From: a virus | Length of the DNA: 64,000 nucleotides | Direction: 5' to 3' (one strand) | Virus record (IMG/VR): IMGVR_UViG_3300049617_000207 | Span: 32,015-96,014 of that record | Part shown: piece by piece, positions 27,634 to 37,771 of the stretch | Numbering within the stretch: position 1 is the stretch's first letter | Layout: each line of letters starts with the position of its first letter | Notes under the pieces: generated by a model | What the model was told of the DNA's origin: nothing | The model's database searches: none | What the model saw: only the letters and a program-made list of their open reading frames with translations | Translations under genes and position numbers: made by a program

Positions 27634-28007
27634 AGGCGCTCGCCCGTGGGCGCCCGGCGGGGGATCGGCGACTTCGACCGGGCGACGATAGCGGCCCAGG
27701 CGCGCGATTCCGCGGCGGGCGGCACGCGGATCGTCCCCTTGGCCTCAAGCTCGCGCCCGAGCAGCCGCCCGTCGTAGACCTCGTGGCAGCCCCAACACCC
27801 ACGGATCGCCACGTCCACGTGATCCCACGCCTTTGCGCACTCCGCGCGCCGGTAGACGTGGCACGTCGCGGCGGAGACGCTCGTACACCGGCGCCACGCG
27901 CCGCCCGCCCGGAGCTTCTCGAAGGCGCATTGCGGACCATCCCGCGCGAGCACCGCCGCCCGCTGCGCATCCTCGCGCTGCCGGGTGTCGTCGGTCTTGG
28001 GCTTCAT
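27630..28007 (-). CDS. HNH/NinG-like nuclease
   Basis: VLARDG..C...CH...CWGCH. Confidence 0.5.
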   Translation of the reverse strand: MKPKTDDTRQREDAQRAAVLARDGPQCAFEKLRAGGAWRRCTSVSAATCHVYRRAECAKAWDHVDVAIRGCWGCHEVYDGRLLGRELEAKGTIRVPPAAESRAWAAIVARSKSPIPRRAPTGERL

Positions 28008-28021
28008 CCCGTTGCCCCGCC

Positions 28022-28357
28022 TCACGACGTGCCCGCCCGCAGCGACGTGCCCGCCCGCCCGGCCGCGGCCCACGGCGCGGCGGTGTCGGCCATCCGGTCG
28101 GGGCCGAGGCTTACCTCGGTGAGCGCCGGTAGCTCGCCGAGTACCTCGACGGCATCGACGAGGTCGCGTGTCACCCCGCCGAGCTTGCGGATCGCCTGGC
28201 GCATACTGCGCAGCGCGAAGAACCCGGCCTCGCTAATCTCGAAGGTGGACACCCGCGCGCCGCACCGCAAGCACTTGCGCCGACGCCGGATGATGTTCCC
28301 TAAGAGCTTGCGCGAGTCGATGACGCTCGTGTCGCCGCCGCAGGTATCGCAGGTCAT
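28022..28357 (-). CDS. NrdR-like N-terminal zinc ribbon without ATP-cone
   Basis: CDTCG..TSVIDSR....IRRRRKCLRCGARVSTFE. Confidence 0.75.
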   Translation of the reverse strand: MTCDTCGGDTSVIDSRKLLGNIIRRRRKCLRCGARVSTFEISEAGFFALRSMRQAIRKLGGVTRDLVDAVEVLGELPALTEVSLGPDRMADTAAPWAAAGRAGTSLRAGTS

Positions 28358-28749
28358 TGGGCCGCCCCGCGCCATACGGTGAGCTTCTTGCCGTGCGTCA
28401 CCGGCCGGTCGCTCCGCACGACGGTCATCGTGTCGACGATAACGCCTTGGCGGGAGAGCGTGCGAAAGAGCGTGCCCGCGGCCTGCCGGTCTTTTGGCAC
28501 GTCGATGTCCGCGCGGCCCGCGAGTAGCTCGTCGACCCGGTCCCACACATCGTCGGAGGTGAACGCCTCGCCGAGCCCCGCGCGTTCGCTAATCGCTTGC
28601 GACACGAGCGCAAGCCAGGCCGGATCGGCCTTGAGCGACGCGACGGCGACGGCGCGCTCCGTCACCTCGCGAGTCTTGGCCTTATTCCTCGTCCGAGTCG
28701 AGTTGGGCTTCGGCCTCGTAGACCAGGCGAAGAGATTCGGTTGCTCCAT
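28354..28749 (-). CDS. hypothetical winged-helix protein
   Basis: FTSDDVW...AAGTLFR...HGK...VW. Confidence 0.6.
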   Translation of the reverse strand: MEQPNLFAWSTRPKPNSTRTRNKAKTREVTERAVAVASLKADPAWLALVSQAISERAGLGEAFTSDDVWDRVDELLAGRADIDVPKDRQAAGTLFRTLSRQGVIVDTMTVVRSDRPVTHGKKLTVWRGAAQ

Positions 28750-29025
28750 CCGTGGGCGTACCTTTCTCACCCATCCGTGGGCGAGCGTGCGGGCTGCTCG
28801 AAATGTGGTAGTGGCCCTCGGGACACGGGCCGTAGGCGTGGAAGTATCCCCGCATCGCGGGGTTGAGCCGCCCGATGTAGACCTCGGCCTGCCACATCGT
28901 GTAGAAGCGGCGCTTCGGGCGGTTGATCCGCGGGTTCATACAGGCCCGCGCGGGCCGCGCGGGCGCCACGTAGGGGATGCCGTGCCGGTTGCGCGGGAGC
29001 GCCCCGTCCGTGGGTGATCCGAACA

Positions 29026-30780
29026 TCACGACGCCTTACGACGCGGCGCGCGGATCGTCCCGCGGGCGAGCCCTAGCATGATCGCATCGAGCGCCTCGAT
29101 GGCCTCGTGCTTGGTCATGGTCGCGCTCGCCTCCACGTTGAACCGCCGCAGCGCCGCGCGCTGCTTCGCGGTCGCCGGTTCGCTGCGCCACTTCGCGTTC
29201 TTGTCCACGAAGATGCGCAGGTCGCCGCGGAAGTCCCGCACCCAAAGCTCGGCCTGCGCGAAGGCGAACCGAATCTCGTTATGCACGCCGAGCGTCTCGT
29301 CGCGTGCGCCCTTGCGCGAGAGCGTCACCGTGTATTTGCCCAAGAGGTCGCCGCGGATCGTGACCGCCTCATTGCGCAAGTTTAGCCGGTACACATCGTC
29401 GCCCACCGGCGTCCACACCATATACGTGAACGCATCGAGCGTCGAGGGCATCGGCGGCGGCAGGAACATGTCGACCGGCACGTAGGTATGTTTTTCACGC
29501 GCGCGCTCCATGAGGTGCCGCACGAGCACGCCCATTTGCTCGGACTCACTTACCCCCGAGAGACGCGCGAGCATGCCCGCATCGTTGACGAGTGCGGCCA
29601 CGAGCGGGTTATCGTTCATGAGGGCGGCGTGCTTGGCCGCGACGGCCACGACGGACCTGCCGCCCAGGTTGAAGGTCGGCGGCAGCCCGAGCAGCGTCGG
29701 CAGGTTCATAATCGAGTGGCGGCGCGTGGCATCGACAATGTCGATAACGGCGGCTTTTTTCTTGCCGGGGAAGAGGCGCGTGGCGCGCCCAATCATTTGA
29801 CAATACAAAACGGGAGACTTCGTCGGCCGCGCGATGATGACGACCTCTAGGCTCGGCTCGTCCCAACCTTCGCAAAGCACGCCGCAATTTGTCACAACGT
29901 CGTACGCGCCGTCGGTGAAGCCTGCGATGATCGCGCCCCGTTCGTCCTGATCGGTCGTGCCGTCGAGGTGCGCGGCGTTGAATCCGGCAAGAGAGAACAT
30001 TTCCGCTAAGTGCTGCGAGTGCGCGACCGATGCGGCGAAGACGACGGCTTTGCGGCCGGGCGTGATGTCTTTGTAGGCGGCAATGACGCGGGCGTTTCTC
30101 TCTGCGGTATCGACCGCGTTTGAGAGTTGGCCTGCGTTAAAGTCGCCTGCGACCGTCTTGACCGCATCGAGCGAGGTCTTCGTTTCCACCCGATAGCCTG
30201 CGAGCGGTACGAGTGCGCCGAGTTTCGTTAGCTCCGCGATGCCGATGCTGTAGGCGATAGCGTCATACGTGGCATCGAGCCCCACGTTATCCGAACGCTT
30301 GGGCGTAGCCGTCACGCCGACGTGGAGCGGGCCGCTCTGCGCGGTCACGCCGAAGGCGATGTAAATCTCCTGATAACTCGCGGACGGCGCGTGATGGCAC
30401 TCGTCGGTCACGATGAGCGCCGGGACGCCCCACCGGCTCGCGAAGTCCGCCAGGCGCGCGCCTTGGAGGGTCTGCACGGAGGCTACGCACACGCGATCCA
30501 TCGGAGTCGCCCGGCTCTCGGCCTTCTCGATGCCTACCATCTCGCCCGGATTCTCACCGAGGTACTTTGCGCGCGCCTGCTGGACGAGTTCGTCCCGGTG
30601 CGCGAGAATCAGGATGCGGTCGGTCGGCCGTAAGCCGAGCCGCTTCCCTAAATGCGAGAAGAGGATCGTCTTTCCGGCGCCCGTGCTCATCGCGACGACC
30701 ACGCGCCGCGCGCCGCGGGCGATGTGGTCGGCGACCGCGTCGAGTGCGGCGACTTGGTAGGGGCGAAGCGCGTAGGGCAT
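29026..30780 (-). CDS. SF2 DEAD/DEAH-box helicase (Irc3-like)
   Basis: LRPYQ, TGAGKT, DECHH, TATP, EGWD, QMIGRATR. Confidence 0.93.
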   Translation of the reverse strand: MPYALRPYQVAALDAVADHIARGARRVVVAMSTGAGKTILFSHLGKRLGLRPTDRILILAHRDELVQQARAKYLGENPGEMVGIEKAESRATPMDRVCVASVQTLQGARLADFASRWGVPALIVTDECHHAPSASYQEIYIAFGVTAQSGPLHVGVTATPKRSDNVGLDATYDAIAYSIGIAELTKLGALVPLAGYRVETKTSLDAVKTVAGDFNAGQLSNAVDTAERNARVIAAYKDITPGRKAVVFAASVAHSQHLAEMFSLAGFNAAHLDGTTDQDERGAIIAGFTDGAYDVVTNCGVLCEGWDEPSLEVVIIARPTKSPVLYCQMIGRATRLFPGKKKAAVIDIVDATRRHSIMNLPTLLGLPPTFNLGGRSVVAVAAKHAALMNDNPLVAALVNDAGMLARLSGVSESEQMGVLVRHLMERAREKHTYVPVDMFLPPPMPSTLDAFTYMVWTPVGDDVYRLNLRNEAVTIRGDLLGKYTVTLSRKGARDETLGVHNEIRFAFAQAELWVRDFRGDLRIFVDKNAKWRSEPATAKQRAALRRFNVEASATMTKHEAIEALDAIMLGLARGTIRAPRRKAS

Positions 30781-30799
30781 GTGGTATCCTCCGGGGACG

Positions 30800-30843
30800 A
30801 TGATACCATATAGCGCGCCGCAAGTCAAATGATGCGGGGCACC
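30800..30843 (-). promoter_or_regulatory. repeated promoter copy 6
   Basis: GGTGCCCC-N7-TTGACT-N17(GCGCGC)-TATCAT. Confidence 0.8.
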
Positions 30844-30879
30844 GCTCCGACTGTTTTCCCGCGCCTGGGGCGCCGTGTC

Positions 30880-31077
30880 CTACACGCGGGCAGCCACTTT
30901 TAGGATGCGGTGCGCGTTTAACTGAAAGCCGACCGCGGCCTCGCTGACACGCTCGCCAAACCGGCTATTGAAACCGGCCGTCACTTCGCGCAGCGTCATG
31001 GACGGGTAGTTGTCGCGCAGATAGGAGATGCGTTCGCCATCCGTGGGACCCCACCGTATTTGAGGAGTTCTTCGCAT
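30880..31077 (-). CDS. small HTH protein
   Basis: W....ISYLRDNYPSMT.REVT..FN.RFG. Confidence 0.55.
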   Translation of the reverse strand: MRRTPQIRWGPTDGERISYLRDNYPSMTLREVTAGFNSRFGERVSEAAVGFQLNAHRILKVAARV

Positions 31078-31151
31078 GGACGAAGATCGTTCGTGCTAAA
31101 GTCTAGCTCCGCCTGGTTATCGGGCCGCCCGCGCCGTTAGTTAGTTAGTGC

Positions 31152-31196
31152 GGTGCCCCGGTTCACCTTGCATTTCGCGCGCTACTCTGTTAGGAT
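31152..31196 (+). promoter_or_regulatory. promoter-family variant (leaderless)
   Basis: GGTGCCCC-N8-TTGCAT-N17(GCGCGC)-TAGGAT, with ATG 7 nt later. Confidence 0.7.
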
Positions 31197-31203
31197 TGGT
31201 GAC

Positions 31204-31773
31204 ATGATGACCCTACCCGCTACCGTCGACGACGCGCACCGTAAAGACGCACTCCGGCAAACCCTGCGCGCACTCGTGGCCGCAGGCGACACCGCCTCCG
31301 TGAAAGAGATAGGCAAAGAAGCCTACGCCACGTGTGCTCGCCTGGCAAACGAGATGCGTCCGCACAAAGACACGCTTGACGTCGTGCAAGACGTCATTTT
31401 AGAGCTTCTCGTCAATGATGGCCGCGAAGCCGTCAACGATCCCGACTTCGTGATCGCCCTCGAAGAGAAGAAGAGCGCGCGGCCGATAACGGACCAGGCG
31501 GCGCTCTACGACGCGCTCCACGCCCTCACCGTCGACGGCGAGCCGATTCCCGAGGAGCTTCTACGTGAAGCCGCCTACATCGACTTGCCGCCGCCGCCGC
31601 TCCCGGCCAAAGTCACGAATCTCACAAAGATAAAGCCCTTAATCAAACGCTTCGGCAAGCCTATCCAAGACGCTATCGACGCATGCGTCTCGTATTCACC
31701 AAGCCCGCGGCGCCTGATATTCCGCCCGAAAGAAAAACATGCTGGAAACCCAATTAACGCCCTTACTCACTAA
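31204..31773 (+). CDS. hypothetical recombination-module protein
   Basis: 189-aa ORF immediately before ERF. Confidence 0.65.
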   Translation: MMTLPATVDDAHRKDALRQTLRALVAAGDTASVKEIGKEAYATCARLANEMRPHKDTLDVVQDVILELLVNDGREAVNDPDFVIALEEKKSARPITDQAALYDALHALTVDGEPIPEELLREAAYIDLPPPPLPAKVTNLTKIKPLIKRFGKPIQDAIDACVSYSPSPRRLIFRPKEKHAGNPINALTH

Positions 31774-32527
31774 CGCCCTCGTCTCGCCCCGCCACTCCGA
31801 CGTCCACACGAAAATCCGCGCCGTCTGCGATGCCGTGGGCAACATGAGCAAAGAGAGCCAAGGCCCCGGCTATAAATTCGTGTCCTACGATTCGACGATG
31901 CAAGCCATTCGGCCGCACCTCTCCGCGCATCGGCTGCGCATTAAATTCTCGGAAGTCTCGTGCAGCGTCGACCCGAGCCTTAAAACCGGGAGCGGGAAGC
32001 CCGCGGTCGGTGCGCTCGTAAAGATCGCGCTCTACGTCATCGACCTCGACACAGGCGAATTCGATACGGTCGAAGCGTCGGGCTACTCGCTCGACGTCGG
32101 CGACAAGGCGGTCGCGCAAGCCATCACGATTGGCAAAAAGTATTGCCTCTTCGACGCCTTCGAGATTTCGACGTCGGGCGGCTCCAACGCCGTCGGCGGC
32201 GCAGCGAACGGCGCGAGCGATGATCCAGACGGGCGGCCCACCAAGAACGTCCGCGACGACGCGATGCGCAACGTGACGCCGCCCGCAGAGCGCGGGACCG
32301 AAGCCGCGCCGCCGGGCATGGTCGTGCAGATTCGCCGGACCCTCGCGCGACTCGTCGCCGCGGGGCAGGGCGGAGCGACCGAGGCCGCCGTGCTCGACCG
32401 GCACGCAAAGGGGAAGGCCAAGCTCGAAGACACGAATTTCGCGCAGGCCCAGGCTATCGACCGGGCGCTTACGAAATTCGAGCGCGGGCTGCGAGCGGCC
32501 AAGCCCACAGAGCGCACCGCCGCGTAA
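31739..32527 (+). CDS. ERF family single-strand annealing protein
   Basis: GYKFVS, DKAVAQAITIGKKYCL..F.I, DDPD. Confidence 0.8.
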   Translation: MLETQLTPLLTNALVSPRHSDVHTKIRAVCDAVGNMSKESQGPGYKFVSYDSTMQAIRPHLSAHRLRIKFSEVSCSVDPSLKTGSGKPAVGALVKIALYVIDLDTGEFDTVEASGYSLDVGDKAVAQAITIGKKYCLFDAFEISTSGGSNAVGGAANGASDDPDGRPTKNVRDDAMRNVTPPAERGTEAAPPGMVVQIRRTLARLVAAGQGGATEAAVLDRHAKGKAKLEDTNFAQAQAIDRALTKFERGLRAAKPTERTAA

Positions 32528-33190
32528 CGCGAGGTCTTCACGGATGAAGCGAGTCTTCGCGGCGCTCGATGCGCTGCTCTTCGGCCCTGGCGAGCCCTTC
32601 ACGCCGGGGCCGCGCTGGCTCGACGTCGGCCTCGCGCTGCTGGCCGCGATCCCACTCTGCGCGCTGCTCGGCCTCGCGGTCTTACTGCGCCCTTAAGCTC
32701 GCCTGTTGCGTCCCGCCGCGGATCGGCCTAGCATGAGAGCCCATTTGTAAAGCCGCACGGATGCGCGCGGAGTGACATCACGAACGGGGCGGTGCATAAA
32801 GCGCCGCCCCGTTCGCCCCACCCCGACAAAGAGATAGGCCGCGATGATACTAGCACGGATGCTCCTCGCCGTCGATAAGCGGCCGACCTGCTGCTCGCAG
32901 GACACACTTTTTTGCGCGCCGAAAAGGTGGGCAACCCGTCTCGCACGACGACCCCGAGACAAAATCAAAGAGCCGCCTCGGTCTCTACCCGTTGCGGCTC
33001 ACGAAACCTCGAATCCCAACGCGCTCTTCACTTCACGAAGGGCCTCGATCCACACCCAAACACTCACGAAAGGACGCGGATACGTGTCCCGACTTCCCTT
33101 TTGCACGAAAGGCAGAGACGTGTCTAATTTAACATACCCACCTGGGCTTCGGCAAGCCCCTCGCCTGCTCGTATCCGGCGAGGCGGGCCG

Positions 33191-34303
33191 ATGACCGAGA
33201 TAGCCCCCTGGTTCAAGTTCTACACCGAAGACTTCTGGAACAGCGCCGACGTGCAGGAGATGGGCGTCTACCACGCAGGCGCCTACCTGCGGCTCCTGTC
33301 GTACCAATGGGAGCACGGCTCGATCCCGACGGACCTGCACCGCCTGGCGGGCGTCCTGCGGGCCTCCCAGGCCGACGCGGCGGCGTCCTGGGCGCTCATG
33401 CGTCAATGCTTCGTGCCGGTGCCTGGCGCCCCGGATCGGGCCGTCAACGTGCGGATCGAGGAGGAGCGCGCGCACGCCTATGATCGCAGCGAGCGGCTCC
33501 GCCAACGCGCGACCCGCGGCGGCGAGGCGAAGGCGCGCAAGAGCCGAGAGGCCCTCAAAACCCGACTGCTGGCCGAGGCCGCGGCGCACGTCGAGCGAGA
33601 AAGAGGAAGGTCTACCGTAAGCACGGCCGTTTCAAGCCGCGCGACGACTGAAGCCGAGACCGGGACGGACGCCGAGGCGCCACCCACGCACGAAAGAGGA
33701 GTCGAAGCGGAAAGAAGGTGTGCTACAAGCACCGATTTCGGTGGCGAAAACGCTGCTAAAAGCACGACAGAGCATATAGAGCAAGGTACTCCCTACGGTC
33801 GTACCTCAGAAGACTCGTCACTTCGTTCCTCGTCGCCGGGTGCTGACGCACCGACGGCGGCGAGCGGTGAGGGGGACGGATCGGCGAAGGAGCCGGAGGA
33901 CCGACCACTCCTCGATCCGCCGGTAACGCCACAGGCCAAGCGGAAAGACCCGCGGCTCGAACGGACGCCGGACGACCTCTTGGCCTACGCCGTGCTCGAA
34001 GCGACCTGGCCGCTCATCGCCAAACAGGTGCCCGACCTCGTCGATACCCCGAAGCGGTGGCGCTCGAAAAATAAGGCCGGGGCACTCGCGCTCGCGCGGA
34101 AGATGACCCCGGAGCAGGCCGCCGGGATGCTCACGTTCGCGTACCAGGACCCGGAAGCGTCGCAGTTCTACGGCGCGCTCACCCGGCTCGACAAGCTCGG
34201 CGACGCGATTCCCCGGCTCGTCGCCCTCAAGGTGCAACGGGATCGGGGTGGGCGCCGCGGGCAGGCGGCGGTCGGTCGGACGCACGGAGCCCTCATCGGG
34301 TGA
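33191..34303 (+). CDS. DUF1376/YdaU-type replication initiator
   Basis: PWFKFY..DF......M.....GAYLRLL..QW..G.IP; directly upstream of the primase-helicase. Confidence 0.8.
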   Translation: MTEIAPWFKFYTEDFWNSADVQEMGVYHAGAYLRLLSYQWEHGSIPTDLHRLAGVLRASQADAAASWALMRQCFVPVPGAPDRAVNVRIEEERAHAYDRSERLRQRATRGGEAKARKSREALKTRLLAEAAAHVERERGRSTVSTAVSSRATTEAETGTDAEAPPTHERGVEAERRCATSTDFGGENAAKSTTEHIEQGTPYGRTSEDSSLRSSSPGADAPTAASGEGDGSAKEPEDRPLLDPPVTPQAKRKDPRLERTPDDLLAYAVLEATWPLIAKQVPDLVDTPKRWRSKNKAGALALARKMTPEQAAGMLTFAYQDPEASQFYGALTRLDKLGDAIPRLVALKVQRDRGGRRGQAAVGRTHGALIG

Positions 34304-36138
34304 GCCGGACGACCGGCTTCGACCAACCGATACCGTCGGTCGCCGAGACCTACCTGCGGCTCACCGGCATCGACCCGCGTAGCTCGACGATCCATCCGGC
34401 CGCCCACACCGTTGCCGTGCGGTGCGTGTCCGCCGCGAACCATCGGCACGGCGATGCCAGCGCGAGCTTGCATATCCACCTCGACAAAGACGTGTGGGTG
34501 TGCCGCGTCTGCACCGATGCCGGGAAGCAAATGGGCGGCCAATCGCTCGACCTCGTCGTCCACGCGGGGCAGGCCAAGGATCGCAGCGACGCGCTCGCCT
34601 GGCTCGTGCCACCGGAACCAAAGCGCACGCGGCGCCCGCCGCCGCCGGTGAACGAGCGCCGGATCGCCGCGCGCTACGCCTACGAGGACGAGAATCGTAC
34701 GCTCCTGTACGAAGTGATCCGCTACGAGTGGGACGTGCGCGAGGACGACGGCACGACGTGGACCGACAAGACCTTCTCGCAGCGCGCGCCGCTGCCCGAA
34801 GGCCGGTGGGCCAATAAGCTCGACGGCGTGCGCCGTGTGCCGTATCACTACCCCGAGATGATCGTTCTTGCGCTCGACGAGAGCCGCACGCTCTACATCA
34901 CCGAAGGCGAGAAGGACGTCGATACGGCGCTCTCGGTCGGCCTCGCGGCGACGACGAACGCGGGCGGCGCGGCGTGGGCGTGGTCGGCGGAATTCCTGGC
35001 GTGTTTTCAAGGCGTGCAGAAAGTCGTCGTGATCGGCGACAACGACGAGCCGGGCCGGGCGGCTGCCATCCGGCGCGCGGACCTCCTCGCGGACATCGTC
35101 GGCGAGGTGTGGCTCGTCGAAGCAATGCCGCAGGTGCCCGAGAAAGGCGACCTCTCGGATTGGGTCGCCGCGTATCGCAAGAGCACGCCCGACGCGTCAC
35201 CCGCACAAGTGTCGATGAAGCTCCGCACGATCCTTGCGGAATTCGCCACGAAGGTCACGCCCGAAGTCGACGACGGCAGCGCGCGCGCGTGGGAATTCTC
35301 GACGCTGCACTTCAACATTCTCGCGACCCAAAAACCCCCGGCGCCCGCACCGGCCACGGGCTTCCGGCGCATCGACACGGAGATAGAAGGGCTACACGCC
35401 GGGCAGACGACGGTCTACGCCGCGCGCACGGGACACGGGAAGACGGCCGCGCTAGAGCACACCGTTATTGCGAATTGGGAGCAGTTTAAGATTCTGCTGT
35501 TCGCGCTCGAAATGGGCGCGAAGCGGATGCACGACCGGCTTGTCTCGCGCGCGCAGGCGATGCGGCTCAAGGACTACCGCAACGCGATGCGGCCCGACAC
35601 CGTGCTCGACAAAGAGTGGTACGCGCGAAAGAAGTTGCGGATCGTCGGCAAGACCCGAAAGGCAACCGTCGATAACATGATCGAGCAGATTGAGCTATAC
35701 CGGCCGGACATCGTCGCTATCGACCACTTGCGCCACATCCCCGGATGGTACGACCTCACCGGCAAGAAGCGCGGCGACATTGCGCCGGTGGACATCATGG
35801 ATCGGCTCATGAGCACGGCCTCGAAGATGGGGCACCACAATATCCTGCTTAGTCAAATTAACCGCGAGGGCGACGGGAAGCGGCCGGAGCTATCGCACTT
35901 GCGCGACTCGGGAGCGGTCGAAGAAATGGCGGATAACGTCATCATTCTGCACCGGCCCTACAAAACCGTCGACGCGCCGCGCACCTCGCTCACGGAGGAC
36001 GACCTCATGGAAGCGATCCTGCGCAAGACGCGCGAAGGAGCCGAGGTGATCGCGCACATGGAATTCATCGGCGACCTCATGGCGCTGCAGGCACCGACGC
36101 CCGAGACGCTCGACCATTTTACGCGGTGCTGCCGGTGA
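34300..36138 (+). CDS. primase-helicase (Zn finger + Toprim + DnaB-like SF4)
   Basis: ITEGEKD, DNDEPG; ARTGHGKT, LEM, IDHL, LSQINR, LRDSGAVEEMAD. Confidence 0.92.
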   Translation: MSRTTGFDQPIPSVAETYLRLTGIDPRSSTIHPAAHTVAVRCVSAANHRHGDASASLHIHLDKDVWVCRVCTDAGKQMGGQSLDLVVHAGQAKDRSDALAWLVPPEPKRTRRPPPPVNERRIAARYAYEDENRTLLYEVIRYEWDVREDDGTTWTDKTFSQRAPLPEGRWANKLDGVRRVPYHYPEMIVLALDESRTLYITEGEKDVDTALSVGLAATTNAGGAAWAWSAEFLACFQGVQKVVVIGDNDEPGRAAAIRRADLLADIVGEVWLVEAMPQVPEKGDLSDWVAAYRKSTPDASPAQVSMKLRTILAEFATKVTPEVDDGSARAWEFSTLHFNILATQKPPAPAPATGFRRIDTEIEGLHAGQTTVYAARTGHGKTAALEHTVIANWEQFKILLFALEMGAKRMHDRLVSRAQAMRLKDYRNAMRPDTVLDKEWYARKKLRIVGKTRKATVDNMIEQIELYRPDIVAIDHLRHIPGWYDLTGKKRGDIAPVDIMDRLMSTASKMGHHNILLSQINREGDGKRPELSHLRDSGAVEEMADNVIILHRPYKTVDAPRTSLTEDDLMEAILRKTREGAEVIAHMEFIGDLMALQAPTPETLDHFTRCCR

Positions 36139-36141
36139 CGG

Positions 36142-36651
36142 CTACGGGGCGGGATCGAACGCGCGCCACAGGCGCCGCAGGCGGCCCGTTCCGGCGGCGG
36201 GATACGATGCCCAGGCCCCGAGCGTCGGCGGGCGGCTGCGGTGGCGCGTGATCCGAGCGACCGTCATGCGCTGCTCGTCGGGATTGCAGGCGATGACAAG
36301 CACGGCTTCCGTACGGTCGGGATGATCCTCGATGCCCGCGCGGGCGACGCGCTCGGCCTCTTCGCGTGAGGTATCCCGCCTTTCGAGCATCCACACCGTC
36401 GAGACAAAGGCGAGGGCGCCTTCGGGGTGGCCGTGCTGGCGTACGAGGCGCGGGATGACCACGTCGACGAGGTGGTTTTTGGAAGCGGCGTCGTCGAGGC
36501 CCAGGAGCGGGAAGACGTCGGCGCGCGCATCGGGATCGGGGCCGTAGAGGAAGAGCATCGGCTTCCAATCGGCGTTCGGCTTGAGCGTAAGAGCCAAGCT
36601 CTCGGCGCCCGAGCATATCTCACCGATGATCCGGTCGAGGCTGCGGGTCAT
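36142..36651 (-). CDS. hypothetical protein
   Basis: ATGA coupling; HPDRTEAV motif. Confidence 0.6.
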   Translation of the reverse strand: MTRSLDRIIGEICSGAESLALTLKPNADWKPMLFLYGPDPDARADVFPLLGLDDAASKNHLVDVVIPRLVRQHGHPEGALAFVSTVWMLERRDTSREEAERVARAGIEDHPDRTEAVLVIACNPDEQRMTVARITRHRSRPPTLGAWASYPAAGTGRLRRLWRAFDPAP

Positions 36652-37199
36652 CGGTCCCACACGGAGTCGAGGTCGAGCGTAAGTCCGACACTCGCAAGGG
36701 TCACGGTCGAGAAGAAAAACTCCATCGTGAGAAAGCCCTTCGTGCGACGTTGGAACAGAACGGCGAAATGGTCCTGTGGGTGGACGACGAGATAGTCTTG
36801 CACGGTCGGGATCGAGCAGTAAAGCCACACCTTATATCCGAGGTCGTAGCCGCCGGTCGACGGAGAGACAACCTCGACGACGAGCTTCGGGAAGGAGACG
36901 AAATTAAGGTCGTCGTTTCCGCGGTCGCGTTCGTCGCAGGTGACGACGAGGTCCGGCTCCGGGCGGTCTTCGCCTGCGACCACACCGATTTCGTTGACGT
37001 AGAGGTCGCAGTCGTCTCCGAGGGCCGCTTTCACGACGTCGCGGAGGCGCCCGAGAACGCGCGCGTGGCGGCGCGTGGCGGTTGACATCGCAACGACCTG
37101 CCCGTTAAGAAATTCGTGGCGGCCTTCCTGTCGCTCGTTCCAGGCGTTAAATTGCGCGAGCGTCATCCGCTCGGGCGGCTGTTGCGCTGGCGTGCTCAT
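36648..37199 (-). CDS. Uma2 family PD-(D/E)XK endonuclease
   Basis: RHEFLNG, PDLVV, LVVEVVSPST..YD...K...Y. Confidence 0.88.
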   Translation of the reverse strand: MSTPAQQPPERMTLAQFNAWNERQEGRHEFLNGQVVAMSTATRRHARVLGRLRDVVKAALGDDCDLYVNEIGVVAGEDRPEPDLVVTCDERDRGNDDLNFVSFPKLVVEVVSPSTGGYDLGYKVWLYCSIPTVQDYLVVHPQDHFAVLFQRRTKGFLTMEFFFSTVTLASVGLTLDLDSVWDR

Positions 37200-37498
37200 T
37201 AGATGATCCGCCCTTTCCCTTGCCGCGCGAGCGCGTACTCGTCGCGCACGGTCTGAATGAGAGCGATGAGTGCTTTTTCTTGGTCTAAGAGCGCGGCTGC
37301 AAGTGCGCTCATCGCGGCGTCGACGTCGGCGGCCGGGAAGACGGTCTTCGGATCGAGCGTGCCGACGCCCATCATGACGGCGATACCATGCGGGCGCCGC
37401 GCATGCACGGTTCCGCGGCGTAGCATCGGTCGGCCCGAGACGTGTGTGAGGTAAAGGACGGCGTCGCCGCGCTTGAAGCTCTGATCGGTGGCGGTCAT
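37199..37498 (-). CDS. hypothetical protein
   Basis: AGAAAG RBS, coupled. Confidence 0.55.
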   Translation of the reverse strand: MTATDQSFKRGDAVLYLTHVSGRPMLRRGTVHARRPHGIAVMMGVGTLDPKTVFPAADVDAAMSALAAALLDQEKALIALIQTVRDEYALARQGKGRII

Positions 37499-37719
37499 GT
37501 GTTGCTTTCTGCGGTAAGGAGGCGGGAGTGACCGCCGCACTCGTCGAGGTGCTGCCCGATGGCCCATGCCTCTTGCGAGGTGGCGCCTGCGTCCTCGGCC
37601 GCGTTGGCGGCCTCGATCATCGCGTACTGATCGTTATTGCCGACGCCGAGCGGGCAGGGCATTTCGGCGAGTGCTACGAGGTAGGCGGCTTGGGCGGCTG
37701 CGAGATGTGCGGTATTCAC
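37495..37719 (-). CDS. hypothetical protein (leaderless GTG)
   Basis: GTG 6 nt after the -10 hexamer. Confidence 0.55.
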   Translation of the reverse strand: MNTAHLAAAQAAYLVALAEMPCPLGVGNNDQYAMIEAANAAEDAGATSQEAWAIGQHLDECGGHSRLLTAESNT

Positions 37720-37725
37720 TCCCCC

Positions 37726-37768
37726 AGGATACGCCCTGCGCGCTGGAAAGTCAAGGAGCCGGGGCACC
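37726..37768 (-). promoter_or_regulatory. repeated promoter copy 7
   Basis: GGTGCCCC-N6-TTGACT-N17-TATCCT. Confidence 0.85.
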
Positions 37769-37771
37769 GTG

